Shown here: piece by piece, positions 1 through 12,759 of the stretch
Numbering within the stretch: the stretch's first letter is position 1
How the letters are laid out: the number at the start of each line of letters is the position of its first letter
NCBI GenBank assembly: GCA_965649765.1
Contig: OZ287752.1
Coordinates: 35,898,001-35,962,000 of the forward strand
Length of the DNA stretch: 64,000 nt
Direction: 5' to 3'
Source of the DNA: Bispira polyomma
Taxonomy: Eukaryota
Notes under the pieces: model-generated
What the model was told of the DNA's origin: nothing
Databases searched by the model: none
What the model saw: the letters and a program-made list of their open reading frames with translations, nothing else
Made by a program: the position numbers and the translations under genes

Positions 1-2984
1 TGACAGATACTGCTCCTCTTTTTTTTGTACAAGGCCTTTTCCACTAATTTTCTTTTGAAACTCTCGATCCTATTAATCAACCATCCTAATATGTTGATGG
101 ACTAGAAAGTACACACTTTCTATTGTCATTTGTGTGCACTGTTAGAGGGCAGATGAATTATCTGTTTTTGCAGAGGCAGAAAGAACTATTTTCACTTAAT
201 GGTCTGTCAAGGTAATTTAATATAGTACCTCAACTCACTGTCAACAAATCATAGTTTCTCATAATACGTGTATAAGTGGAAAACTAAAACTAGCTTTAAA
301 AAAATGCCATAAATGCACTACTTTTAAGGCATTCACTGAATTTTTGGGGGACAAAAAAAAAAAGACACAGAGATAAATTTTTATTTGGAATGGAATTGAT
401 AGTCACTATACAAGGTCAGTAACAAATATTAGGCAAAATAAATTCCAACTTCAACTTACCACTTTATCACAGTACTTTTGGGATGTTTTGAAGTAATAAT
501 TCTGTCGTATGTGGTGGTTTTATGTATTGATAAGTTAATTACCATTGATCCTAAATGTCAATTAAGGAGAATTATAGCAATTGGTAAAGTTTTCCCAAAA
601 ATGCCGTGATTGTTTCCCCAAATGCTGACATTTTATTAAATAGATTTTTTTTTTTTGAGGGGGGGGGGGGGGTGTTTTCTCTAGGATATTTAATAACCAC
701 CCCCAATCAAGATATAACATTGTAGTGCCAGACACATAATAAAAAACTGACTGATCAATGTCCTCCCCACCTCATCACTATACGATATAGACTTGTTCAA
801 CAAATCTTGACTTACTTTAAAATTTGGGTTCACCATGTACTGCCTTAAATGAATACTGATATAATATCTGGTTCCCTGGTGTTGAAGAAAGTTGTCAAAG
901 TTGGCAGTAGACTTGCTGAGGGTCAATGGTTTACAGACCAGGAAAACCTTGGCCAACTACTGCCCATTGGGACATCACACAAGACGTGTTAAACGTGATG
1001 TTACACCCTAAAATATCCCTTTTGTCTCTGAATTCCCAAAAGTTATTGCCATATGGGCATCAATATTAGTTTGTTGGTGTAAATTATTTCTTGCACATAG
1101 TCTCTTTGTTTGTACAAATTATAATAGATATATAAATAGGATCTGGGTGCAAATTGAAAAGTTTATGGTAAGTGTGAATAAAAACAGATCATTCATAACT
1201 GCATGGGGATGAACTAACCAGGCCTATTATGGCTGTCAATTTTTGGAAAAATGATCTCTTCTGGATATAATGCATGTAGACACGCCATAGCATGGCATTT
1301 TAGAAGAAATAAATGTGTGGTTGGGTCATTAGAAGCTGCTCTCCAATTGTCGGAAGTGACAGGCTTCAGAAACATTGACCACAACAAGCCTACTATGAAG
1401 AAAGTTGACATCTCTGATAGGACTAGTTTAATATTCCCTCACTAAATTTAAACACTGAAGGGAAATGTGTCTTCTTAATTGCTTTAATTTATGATTTTTC
1501 TTATTCACCTCTGTTATAGGGACTAGTTAATATTCCCTCATTTTATTTGAATACTAAAGGAAAATGTTCATTTTTAATTACTTTTAGGATTTCTCGCATT
1601 TATCTTCACTGCAGGTAATATTGGTTTAAAAGATTTGATTCATATATATATTTTGACTGGGAATGGTTGTCTTTAGTTTGGAGCATATGCAAACTAAACT
1701 TCTTTAGTTTCAATTCAAGGTGCATCATCAAAATGTCTGAGAGTAATTTCTAATAGAACCACATGTACAATATGCATTTTATTTACTTTAAAATTAATCT
1801 TTCAATCTTATCTTATTAAATTCAAAATCTTAAAGTTATCCTATTTCGACTACAAAATATTTCTTAATTTACTCTTAACCTATAATTTAACATTTTTTTT
1901 TTTTAAATATATAAATTTCCTTGGTCGTGTCACTAAACCTGGACACTTTCTTGATCCTGATGGAGATTGAAATATACATTGTTAGGTCTTCACAAAAATA
2001 CATTGAGCTCTTTCAGTAATTATGTGGACAGTTTGCCTTCAGTAAAGACCCTTTTAAAAGAAAAAGGATCACTATTATATAAATGGGCTCTGGTGGCAAC
2101 AACATGTATGTTTTAAGTGGAAGCCATCAATTCAGTAGTGGATAAATCTACCCTTCTCTCCCAATGAATGGCCTTTTCTCGGCCTTCTAAATCTGTTTCT
2201 CTTTGCCTGGTTATAAATTTTCAGTTATTTATTTCATTTCTCAATATTTTTATCAATATTATTTTCTTAAACTACAATTTTTGTACACAATTAAAGAAAA
2301 CGAATATTATTATTAGTTCAGATAGTTGAGTTTTCAATATAAAAAGCAACCAAAAAATCAACCAGATACATATAGAAGCTTAAACACAGTGTTACTTGTG
2401 CCCAAGTGACAAGAATATCTTAAATGACCATGACATTTGCTGTTCTTTTCTAAGGCCCCAATGTACACTGTATATAAATGGGATTTGTTTTCACTGGCAC
2501 TTAATCTTAGCCATTTTTTTAGTAAATGTGCTTGGATAGTGAAAGTTAATTGTAAGTGAAAATTTTAATTTGTATTTATACTTTTAACTGAGAAGTGGAA
2601 AAATAATTAAAATTAATTCCAATGGATTTCTTGAAAATTAGTAAATTAGTGAAATTATCTTTGAGATAAAATTTTTTTAACTGATACAGTATTTCATGAG
2701 CAGACTATATATATAGCCTCTTGTACTTATAAAGCAGCGTTTATAAATAGCTCTTGACAAAAAATCTATTATCATGACAAAGTATACAGAATCACGTGCA
2801 TGTGGTAAACAGCTAAATTTTAGCACTTGAAAAAATAGTATTATGCCACATTACAGAGTTTTACTGCTTTTTAACTGTTTAAATACTGCTCTGATATTTT
2901 TACCTCCGCCTATGAGATTTACCTGTTTTTACTGCTGTTTTGACCAAAATTATACTAACATTACTGGACATGAAATTTGGTAGA

Positions 2985-3250
2985 TTTATTGATTTGATTG
3001 GGGTTTAACGTCCCTTTCAACACATTGTATAGGTCATATTACACAGTTTTTAACATTGCTTTCGACACATTGTATAGATCATATCAGCGGAAAAACATCG
3101 CATACTAGTTGGTCAAGATTTTGCACTGTAAACCACTAAGCATTAGCAAGTAACTGCCAACTTTCCCACATTAAGCCGCAGCCGAGATTTAAACCTACCA
3201 CCTCAGTAGTGTGATATGAGTGTGTTAACCACTGCACTACTGATCCCCTT
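2985..3250 (-). mobile_element. tRNA-derived SINE copy (degenerate)
   Basis: Minus strand has an A-box-like head (tagtgcagtggttaa), a B-box-like ggtttaaatctc, a central atgtgggaaagttggcagttacttgct block shared with other copies, and a gttgaaagggacgttaaaccccaatcaaatcaat tail. Confidence 0.6.
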
Positions 3251-4199
3251 TCGCCTGAAATGTGGTGGAGACATGGTAAATGGAAGACTAGAACTAGGAA
3301 GACTTTTAGCCTTTTGCCCTAAAATACTGCTGATCCAATTTACATGAACTTTTGTGGAAAACATGGGTCACAGAAGAATCCATTACATTGTGAATACATT
3401 GGCGGCGAAAGGCACAAAAGTGAATGCCCTTTCAGCCTCTCATTTTTTTCTTAACTTTGGAAAGCCTTGGTAAATAAAAAGCCAAATTTCTATAACAAAT
3501 GTAATAATTAAGTAACAAGGAGACAGATGATGCAGGCGTATTGGTTACAGATTGTACGGTAGCCACACAAAGTTTGTCACCGCAGGCCGTGATAAATGGA
3601 CCACAGTCAAGGTATTTCTGTTTTACTTTAATGAGGCATGATAAGTTAAGGACAAAGTTAGAATGTTACATAGAGAGAGAAACTTGCCTATTTTTATGGA
3701 TGATTTTACTTGGAATAAAACATGCATTAGACATATATATCTCTGTTTCCTGAAATGTAACCCAAAGGTATTAAAATTCACAAACAATGACCAATATGCC
3801 CAAAAACTGAACTAAATGCAAGTGTTTTTATTTATTATGTTTTAAATTTTATTTATTTATTATTATTATAATTTTTTACAACAATCTAAACTGTAAAAAA
3901 AACATGTGTACATATAGATCCTACACAATACAACAATATCCCAACAATGCAAAAACTACAAAAAAAGAATACCTGTAAAATCTCGTCAACAATAAACCTT
4001 ACAATGTCAGATATTTATCACAACTTTGCTACACCCCCCCCCCCCCCCCCCCCCTCCTCATGGGTGTCAAAATATAAGGAAGCCCCTTCTAAAGGTACTG
4101 TATCATCCAATCAAATACCATGTAAGTGTGCTAACTAAGCAGTTTACAGTTGCTTGTGAACAGTCATCTGTGGACTTAAAGACATCCTGCCAGTTATTG

Positions 4200-4400
4200 G
4201 CCAGATCCCACATATATATTCTGTAAAAATATAACTCAAGCTAAGAAAAAACTCAACGTCCAATGAAGACTATATGTGTGTATAACTATGGTATCTGTGG
4301 AAATCACTGAATTCAAATATGCAGTCAGAATTGATATATATCTTTGCTCTCCCTCACAATCTTTATGGTCTGAGTAGAGCTTAAGGTTTTTTGGACACTG
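4200..4400. mobile_element. MITE-like copy related to the 8.9-9.9 kb family
   Basis: Contains ctgaattcaaatatgcagtcaga (reverse complement of the internal motif at ~9708) and ctcaagcta...tgagtagagcttaag arms. Confidence 0.45.
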
Positions 4401-4829
4401 GACCAGACATACTATCCTGTTATAAGAAATCCGGACTGACTTCCTGTTATGTGAGGGCCAGGTGATTATCTTTGGCTGTATATGTTGTGGAGAACATGTG
4501 GGTGTCAAAATGGAATGGATGGGGGTGTGGGTCAATTAGGGGGACTTCATTAGGGTGACACATATCAGTGACCCATCTGCCCAAATTAGTTTGTCAGTTT
4601 AACCCTAAATATAAGATTTACATCCTCCCCCCCCAAAAAAAAAAAACAAAAAAAAAACAAAAACCAATAAACAAAAAAAAAGTTAAGGTTCTTGGTCTTA
4701 GTAACCTTAAACATTGGTTTGGTGACGACGTTTTAGCATGGGTGCTTAATATATCTAGAATTTGGGGTTAAAGATTTAGAACTTTACTCCATGGTGATTG
4801 GGTACAAAAAAGGTTAGGAATATGTTTAT

Positions 4830-5290
4830 TAATGGGGTAGTGGTAATACTCTCGCCTCTCATATCTCTGCATTGATGATTTCGAATCTAGATCCCAGCAT
4901 GCATTTGAAAAACCTAGCAGTAGACTTGCTGAAGAACGGTGATTTACAGTACAGAAGGTTAAGCTTGATTAATATATGGATATGGGCATTTTACAGCTTA
5001 CAAACATATGTGGGGCATTGGTGGTGTAGCGGTGACGACCTCGCTGACGACCTCCTTCTAGAGTATATGTATTGTACATACCAAACTTACCTCTCGGGTA
5101 CAGGCTCTCGCATCCATATGGTACAGTTGGTAGTAGATTTGCCGAAGGCCGCTGATTTACAGTACAGAAATCTTAAGCACCAACAACCCCGTACTAGATT
5201 CTTCCAACAGTAAATTGTCATGATGTCATGATATCATACAAAGGTCTTCGGATTCTTATTAAACACTAAACAAACAAACATCAACAACAA
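4830..5290 (+). mobile_element. Two adjacent tRNA-derived SINE copies
   Basis: Two heads (ggggtagtggtaatactctcgc; ggtggtgtagcggtgacgacctcgc), each followed by gtagaYttgcYgaag...gatttacagtacagaa; A-rich (aaac)n tail at ~5265-5290. Confidence 0.6.
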
Positions 5291-5854
5291 ATGAAACCAT
5301 TACCTAATAGCTAGGTAGGTCACTTCCGGTGCTTTTACCACACTTAAACTTAAACATTTCTGCTTTTTTTAAAAACAAATTATAATAATAAACTGATGAT
5401 TCACCCAGAAGTTGTGACAAATGTAAGGGGATGCTGACATTTTGTAATTAGTCAATGCGCAGGTATTGTGATATGGTCACAGTAGGAGTAAACATTGGGA
5501 CGTACTAAAAAGCCAACCCCACCACCCAGCTGTACTTACTGGGTCTACAAAAACACATATCATCACAGTGTGTGTTGCATTCTTGGACTGCAATAGTAAT
5601 GTATTGGTAATTGGATGTAATTAATAAATTATTTACCATCACTGTTACTCTCTCTGTTATGGTACATATAACCTCACAGTATTGGTCACATATAAGAGTA
5701 AATTAGGTTAATTAGGCTGTCACTTCAGTGAAGCCATTACTAATGTACTTTTACTTGTAAACAGCACAGAAGGATACCAAATCAATTGTAAATATTTATC
5801 TCTGTGTGTATTTGACATGCTTGTTATATATTATCAACACAAGTAGTAGAGATT

Positions 5855-6050
5855 AACCACTCTGGCCTAGTGGGTAACACACACACACACTTCTTAGGAA
5901 CACAGATGACCTGTGTTCGATCCCACAGCCTGGGGCTGCCATGTACAGACAGAGGCAGTGTGACCCAGAGGTAACCACTTAAAATATAAGTCCTCTTGCC
6001 TGACTGGACACCCATCCACAGTGTCAGGTTGAAGAATATTTAGGGAACAA
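5855..6050 (+). mobile_element. tRNA-derived SINE-like element
   Basis: A box tggcctagtgg and B box gttcgatccc with an inserted (ca)n run; not a foldable tRNA. Confidence 0.45.
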
Positions 6051-7613
6051 GATAAATGATTATCATTATGCCTATGTTTTACTTAAGGTTAGGAGAATAA
6101 CAGTTATTGGTACTGGTTATCTGATGGCTAATAGAGTCAAGAAAAGGGGGAAACAGAAGTTTGTAGTTTCCATGCTTAAGGTCGGTGGTCAGCAGTTCAG
6201 AAAAGCTTGACCAACTACCCTGTACTTCTTTCATTTGACCACATCACCTAGTAGCTGCATATGGTGTGTTCCAGTATGTGATGTCCTTCTAGAGTATATG
6301 TATTGTACATACCAAACTTACCTGTTCTATCCTGTTTGCCTACTAGGACACAATGTCTTCTTCAGCCATCTATTCTATTCTCTCTCTCCCCCACTCCACA
6401 CCCTCCTCTTCATTTGTCAGTCTACATAAACTGAGAATTATTATAACAGATATACACATTTTTTATTCAGAGTGAAAATTTAATGTTTTTGTATTTAATC
6501 GATGGGCAATGAAGTCACTTTTTCTAATTGTTGCAGGAAGACATTGTGAACATACTTCACTTGTTTCCTTGAAGTTAATAATTTGATTAAAATATAAGGT
6601 CTAAACTTTCATCAAATTAAGTCATCATAAACACAAAATTAACCACGATGTATGCTATGGTTTGATTTTAATACTCATTAATGAATTCATATCTGAAAAG
6701 CAGATGTTCAATTGTAAGCAGATGATACAGGTATTGTATTGCTATGATGGGAAATTCATCCATTAGAAGCTCTAAAGTGTATTAGAGTTGTTTGAATAGA
6801 TCTGAGCTGTAGTTGACGTAATGCCTGAAATAGAAATCAGAAGTACTAGAGGTTGTGTTACATCCAATGAAATCAAGTGCATCCCATAAAATTGTGTGCA
6901 CTAGGCATCTTAAGTTTATAACTTAAAAACAAGCATGACACTCACTAGAGGGTATACTTTCGCTGAGGAAGCAATGTACCAAAAAGTTAAAACTATATTC
7001 CTTGATCCGCCCTTCTACGCGAATCTGCTCCAAAATGTCATTGATTTTTCATTGACCCATGTCCCACCCCTTTAACAAATTTCATCTCCAACCACTTACT
7101 CTGCAGCAGTAACAGGTCAGAAATACTAACCATATTTTTATAAGCCATATCAAATTTCTACTTTGAAGTATGAAGATATCTATGCATTGTATTCTATCTT
7201 TGTAAATTAAACAAAGTTGTCAAAATGTTTTTCTAGACTTGTTTAGCATTGAGTAATTTGCTAGAGTGAACTATAGGCATGTGTTTAAATAAAGATGGCA
7301 TGTGTTAGACTGTCTGGCAATATCCACAGATGTGGCCAAACCAGGTATTCCTGGGATGTCTGAAGGGTATTGCATGTCTCATTATATGCAGTACTAGTTT
7401 GCATACAATACACAATTTATTAGACGGAGGCAGACCTTAACATGACATTGTCTATTTTGGGTGAAACGTTAAACTTTTGTCAACTCAATTAGGATGGTTT
7501 TAGGTAAAAGGTTAAACCATTGCAGCTGCGGCAAAACAAGGTTTCTAAATAAAGAACTGTGACAACTAACCATGATGAAACTGACTGGGCTGTATTGCTT
7601 ATATGGATTATAA

Positions 7614-7616
<3 letters not shown>

Positions 7617-7696
<80 letters not shown>
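7617..7696. repeat. (TA)n microsatellite, ~40 units
   Basis: Seen directly. Confidence 0.99.
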
Positions 7697-7698
<2 letters not shown>

Positions 7699-8914
7699 TA
7701 AAAGATCATGTATAGAATATTTAATCACGTGTATGTGATATGAAAGATAGGTAGGTATGTCAAAAATGATATTAAAAAAACTTATTTTTTGCCTGCACGG
7801 AAGTTGCATCAGTTTTATATTTACTGCAAATATGTGTGGAGACCTTACTAAAAAAAAGGTAGAATCTACAGTTAAAAAAATGGTTTAGTTTAAGTTAGAA
7901 TGTCATACCTCCTCTGCTAAGGAATGAATACCTTCACTAAACCAAATTGTGAGAAAAAAATTAAATCCACTTAATCCCAATTTCTGTGGCCCATTCTTTC
8001 ACCAAATTTCAGGTAAATAGCTTCAGTAGTGTTTGTGTAATACTTGTGACAAACCAACCACCAAACCAATAGACACAGGGTGAAAACATTACCTCCTTGT
8101 CAGAGGCACTATAAAAATCCAACTTTTCTATTGCAAGCAACAACTGCACAATGCCAAAAAAATAATTTCTCAAAGAGAAAAAAAAAGAGTCATTATCCAA
8201 TCATAACAAGGATTATCCGACTCCAGTAAACACCCCACTCTTCCTTATTACGGTAACTCTAATAATGTCAAGGTCACCACAACTTGGTGGTGAAAAATTG
8301 CAAAGAAAAAAAAACACACACCCCGACAGGATGCATAATCCTTTGAAATCTTATAGACCCTTCCCCCAGTCCCGTGTCCAATTTGAGACCATTTCAAGGA
8401 CTACTTCTTACTGATTTGTTTTGTAGCCAAAGTCACTAACAAGCATTACTGGCAATAGAATATCTCATTCCATTATTATAACTATAGAAGCAGTCATCAA
8501 TAGTCCAAAAGATCAAATATGAGACCGATGTTTTAGAATTGCAGCTGTCAAGGACTGGCATAAGGATTACCAGTTAGTTACTTGAGATAATTGAGGAACC
8601 AGAAAAACCATTTTGCTTTTATAATAATTTGACATTACAACACTAATATACTTAAATCTACAGTATTTATAAAACACACAGTTACAAGTGCTGATCCAAA
8701 GTAGTGCCCCTGTTCCACTATGACAATCATTGCTCCCTACTCTTCCGATTATCTTTTTGACTTAGGACACTCGCAGAGGTTTTCAAACATGGGTGGGTGC
8801 TAATCAGCCGACAAGTCATGGTCACTCAAGGTCAATCGTAACCTTCCAAGAACCTATCTTTTGCTCCAACGACTTATCTTTTCAATCCAACGACTTATCT
8901 TTGGTTTAAGTGGA

Positions 8915-9856
8915 GATAAGTAAAATCTGATTTCATATTTGAATTCAGCTTCCAAAGCTATGTTAAAGTTAATACTTTGGAGATATACGACCAAATAACT
9001 AGTCTTAGAACCATTATTCTATTAGTAATGTCCCACCCAAGCCCAAAGTTGGTTTGTCAGGGGTCTCCCTTTACTCTTCTCCAAATATGTCAGGTCTCCA
9101 TTTCTATCGCTCGAGTGACGTTAAGTAAAATCTGACTTTATATTTGAACTTAGATCTTTTGAAATTGATGCTAGCATATATAGATGACTACATTAAACAA
9201 TGAGACATAGCCTTCAGTTGAGTTATTAGTTTCAGCTACCATTTCTTTTGATAATTTGGCCATACAGTAAGCCCACTAGCAAACCCACGCATTGCAAAGC
9301 TCTACCTCAAGGCATAAGCTGACTTGTCAGGGGATTTCCCGCCATCATGTAATTGAGACTCCTAGGACTCTTATTCTCCAAATAAACTCTAGCTTAAACT
9401 TAGACTCAACTCAAATGCAAGGTTATCTGGAAGATAATTTGTATATGAAAATTAAACTATACTTGTGACCATTCGTTTTAATAGTGCTTTGAACACTGTA
9501 TTCAAATATCCAGTCATATTTTACCTAGCTTTTACTTTAGCCTGAAACATTATAAGGAGCTTAGATATTTAAGCTTAAGTCTGAGATTTTGCTGAGAATA
9601 CAACCTCTGTGACCGTATTCTCCAAAACATCTCAAGCTAAACTTAGACTCAAGCTGAACTCAGACTCAAGCTGAACTGTAACTCTGCGAAGAAGGCAGAT
9701 ACAGAAAATCTGACTGCATATTTGAATTCAGGGCTGAAATAGATGTTAAAATGAATGGTCACAAGTACAGGTTATTTTCCTATACAAGAGATGAACATAG
9801 CCTTCTCTTGAGTTGATTTAAGTCTCAGCTTTAAGGTTTTTAAAGAAGACGGTCAC
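8915..9856. mobile_element. Cluster of MITE-like non-autonomous DNA transposon copies
   Basis: Internal motif aaaatctgaYtNNatatttgaa at ~8922, ~9127, ~9706 and inverted at ~9500; the copy at 9609-9855 has imperfect TIRs gtgaccgtattct...agaagacggtcac. Confidence 0.6.
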
Positions 9857-11279
9857 TGGTATTGAGTTCATAATAATCCACACAGACAGCCACCAGTCTC
9901 CAGTCTGAAATAACTGAATAGCTGAAATTGGAGCTGGGGTTAAATAGCACTAGATTTTTTGAGGTTTTTGCCAGTTTTCTAAAAAATTTTATTTGGATCT
10001 TCTTAGTGCTGACGAGTTTTGGTGGTTTTTTTTTTTTTGCTTAACAGATCAATGCAGCTTGTACTAAAATGACATTTGGCATTGCCATATATTTCTGCTT
10101 GCCAATAATTTAAGAGAATAACATGTAAAATTGTCTGAAATAATCCTTAAAGTTCCTTTATTAAGCACTAACCCGTGTTACACCACAGAAACAGTTAATA
10201 AACTATTCAATATATTTAATTGGCTATCAGAATTCCTTGTTAACTCCACATTCAGTGCAGTGTGAATGAGCCATTAGGAAGTTTAACTGGTAGGTTGCAG
10301 GTAGCAGCTGGTTGTGCTTCTCAGATTGGAAATAGTGTCAAATTATCATGGGCAGTTTTAAAACCGGTTGCTTTACACAGGTGGTAACTTGAGCAGGTTA
10401 ATCAGTATCTTAAGTCACAAGAGAGAAGAGAATAAGAGAGAGATAGCTATTTCTGCCATATCTACAGTTACAACTACATCAACAAGCTATTAGAGAACCC
10501 AAGGTCTAAATATGGTAAAAAGAAAGTCAACAAGAAATGGCCCCCAAATAAAGCCTCAAGTCTGTAAGAAGAAAATAACTAGAAGAGGGGCAAGTGTAGG
10601 GGAGTGGGGGAGGTTAAATGAACTACCAATCCTCTGCTTTCATTAGGCTTAATGAGTTCACAATCAGATCAAACCACTGTAATGGGCTCTCCATTATTGT
10701 AGAGGAAATTACCCGGGCAAGTCTGACTGCATTGATTACGTGATAAGTACAGACTGTGTCGTCGGACTAAAGGGCTGACTTATTATTACAGTTCTATGTC
10801 AACAGCAGCTGACAGATTGATAATCAAAAAAGAAGTTAATATAAAAAGTCCTTTGTTGCACAAAATAAGCTATCTTAGCTTTATATATCTTAAAAGTTTT
10901 GGGAATATGATAATTGAAATCAAAGGCTACCATTTAATGTTTGTTGAACGAAGTGCTGAGTTCCCAAAATTGTGGGGGCAGTTAAAAATTAAGCCCTCCT
11001 TTGTTTTTTTCCTTCTTGAGATCCATACACTTCTCCCCGTCTAGACCCCACAGTGTTCATTTCTGACTGATTTTAAAATAAACTAATCTTTCCGAAGGCT
11101 ATATTAATTGTTAACACATCTTCAGTCAAATAAACCCATTTGTCTTTGCACTACTTAGCTAGTATCTGCTTTATTATTGAGACCAACCGGAATTATTAGT
11201 ATAATTATTATCATTAAAGCATTTTTATAGCACCGTTTTATTTTAAATTTGAATAGTGGGAAGCTTTCATTTTGAGAAT

Positions 11280-11465
11280 GAGGGCTGTTGTGGCCCAGTG
11301 GTTAGAAGGACCCGTTTCATAATCACTGGCCTCTCTCCAATTCCACTTGTTTACTGTAGATCGGTGGTTTACACTTCTTCAGCACTGGTTTTCTACCACC
11401 ATTCAATCTGGCTGTCGTGATATCACCTAAGCTGTTGAAAGTGATGTAAAACCCAACTAAATTAA
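11280..11465 (+). mobile_element. tRNA-derived SINE copy
   Basis: Head gggctgttgtggcccagtggttaga; 3' part gatatcacctaagctgttgaaagtgatgtaaaacccaactaaattaa resembles the tail of the 3 kb copy. Confidence 0.6.
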
Positions 11466-12759
11466 CATTAATTTCTCAGAACTCTATGGCTAATTTATAA
11501 TATATTTCATTAATCTGATTGTTTAGCCTAGTAATATCCGTTATACTGTATTAGGGTAATCAGGGCATTTCTATTACTAAATATCCTGAATTACACTGTG
11601 CAACATATCAATATCAAAGTAGGTAGTAATAGACCTTTCCAAGTAGCTTTACTTATCAAAAGGGTGCCACTATTTTGGAAAAATATGTAAGGCCTTCATC
11701 AATTGGTTAGAATACATCAATCCGTATAAACTGAGGGGTGTCAGATTTGGGTGTCAGGGTGAGTATATAAGTAGCCATATTAACATTAGTGTATTTTACA
11801 TTGTGCGCCTATGTCTTTTATTAAGAGACAACTCTTGTTTAGTCAAAATATACAGCCTTGGAAGGGCTAGTGGTGGTCTAAGTAGTGCTGGAGCAACCTG
11901 GTGCTATTTGACTTCTCATGGGTTAATGATTTAAGTAGTCTATAATTGAAGCCTCATTACTTCTTCCTTGCACAATTGACTCTGACATTTATTTTCTGTA
12001 CGTATGAAGACTCCATAAGCCTTTGTAAGTATGGCCTATGTCTGGTCCCATCAAAGTAGATCAATATAGAATCAAATAAGTCTTAGACCTTGGTATGTTT
12101 TCTGGAACTGGTCTCACTACAGTAGCATGGCAATAAGTAAAGCACATACCTCCGTCAGGGTGACACAGTGCCAAAAAATAAAAATAGATCCACTATGCTA
12201 CTTAATAGGGTTCCAAATTTGATGAATTCTTAATTGGTGCATGTTCCATCTATCCATCAAAGTTTAAAACCTTTGTGTACTTTTCGGGACCACATACCAC
12301 CGCCAAGGTGCCAACAACAACCTTTAGATCTGCCATGCCACCTTTAAGCTGTCCCAAATTTAATGAATTCTTCCTTGGTATGTGTTTCATCCATTCTCTA
12401 TATTTCATGTAAATCAGTATAGCATTTTGCTTTTTCTGTAAAACTGGTGCCAAAACAAACCAATGAATGAACATTGGCAAAGGCATAACCTCTATGGAAA
12501 GTATTGGACCACTTATCCCTGTCCGGAACTTAGGTATTAAGTATAAAATTTAATTTAGGTTTGGCCAGATATTATGCATTGTAATTGTCTCTCAACAATT
12601 AGGTTAGAACAGGAGATGCCTGGCTCTATGCAAAAGAAAGAAAGTGCTTCTTGAATTTGAATATTAAACCTGACCATCAATTATAATCAATTTCAGATAT
12701 ATTTTCTATCATCGCCCTTTTATAGAGGTCAATCAATACATATTTAATTAGTAGTATTT

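Noticed and set aside
5855-5935. tRNA gene
   Set aside because: A and B boxes are present but there is no cloverleaf; treated as a SINE head
7489-7809. ORF with an (IY)n run, plus other short ORFs in AT-rich regions
   Set aside because: Microsatellite or chance ORFs with no motifs or splice support
10630-10830. TAAT/TGACAG-rich block as a developmental enhancer
   Set aside because: Short motifs are expected by chance in AT-rich DNA; unsupported without conservation or chromatin data
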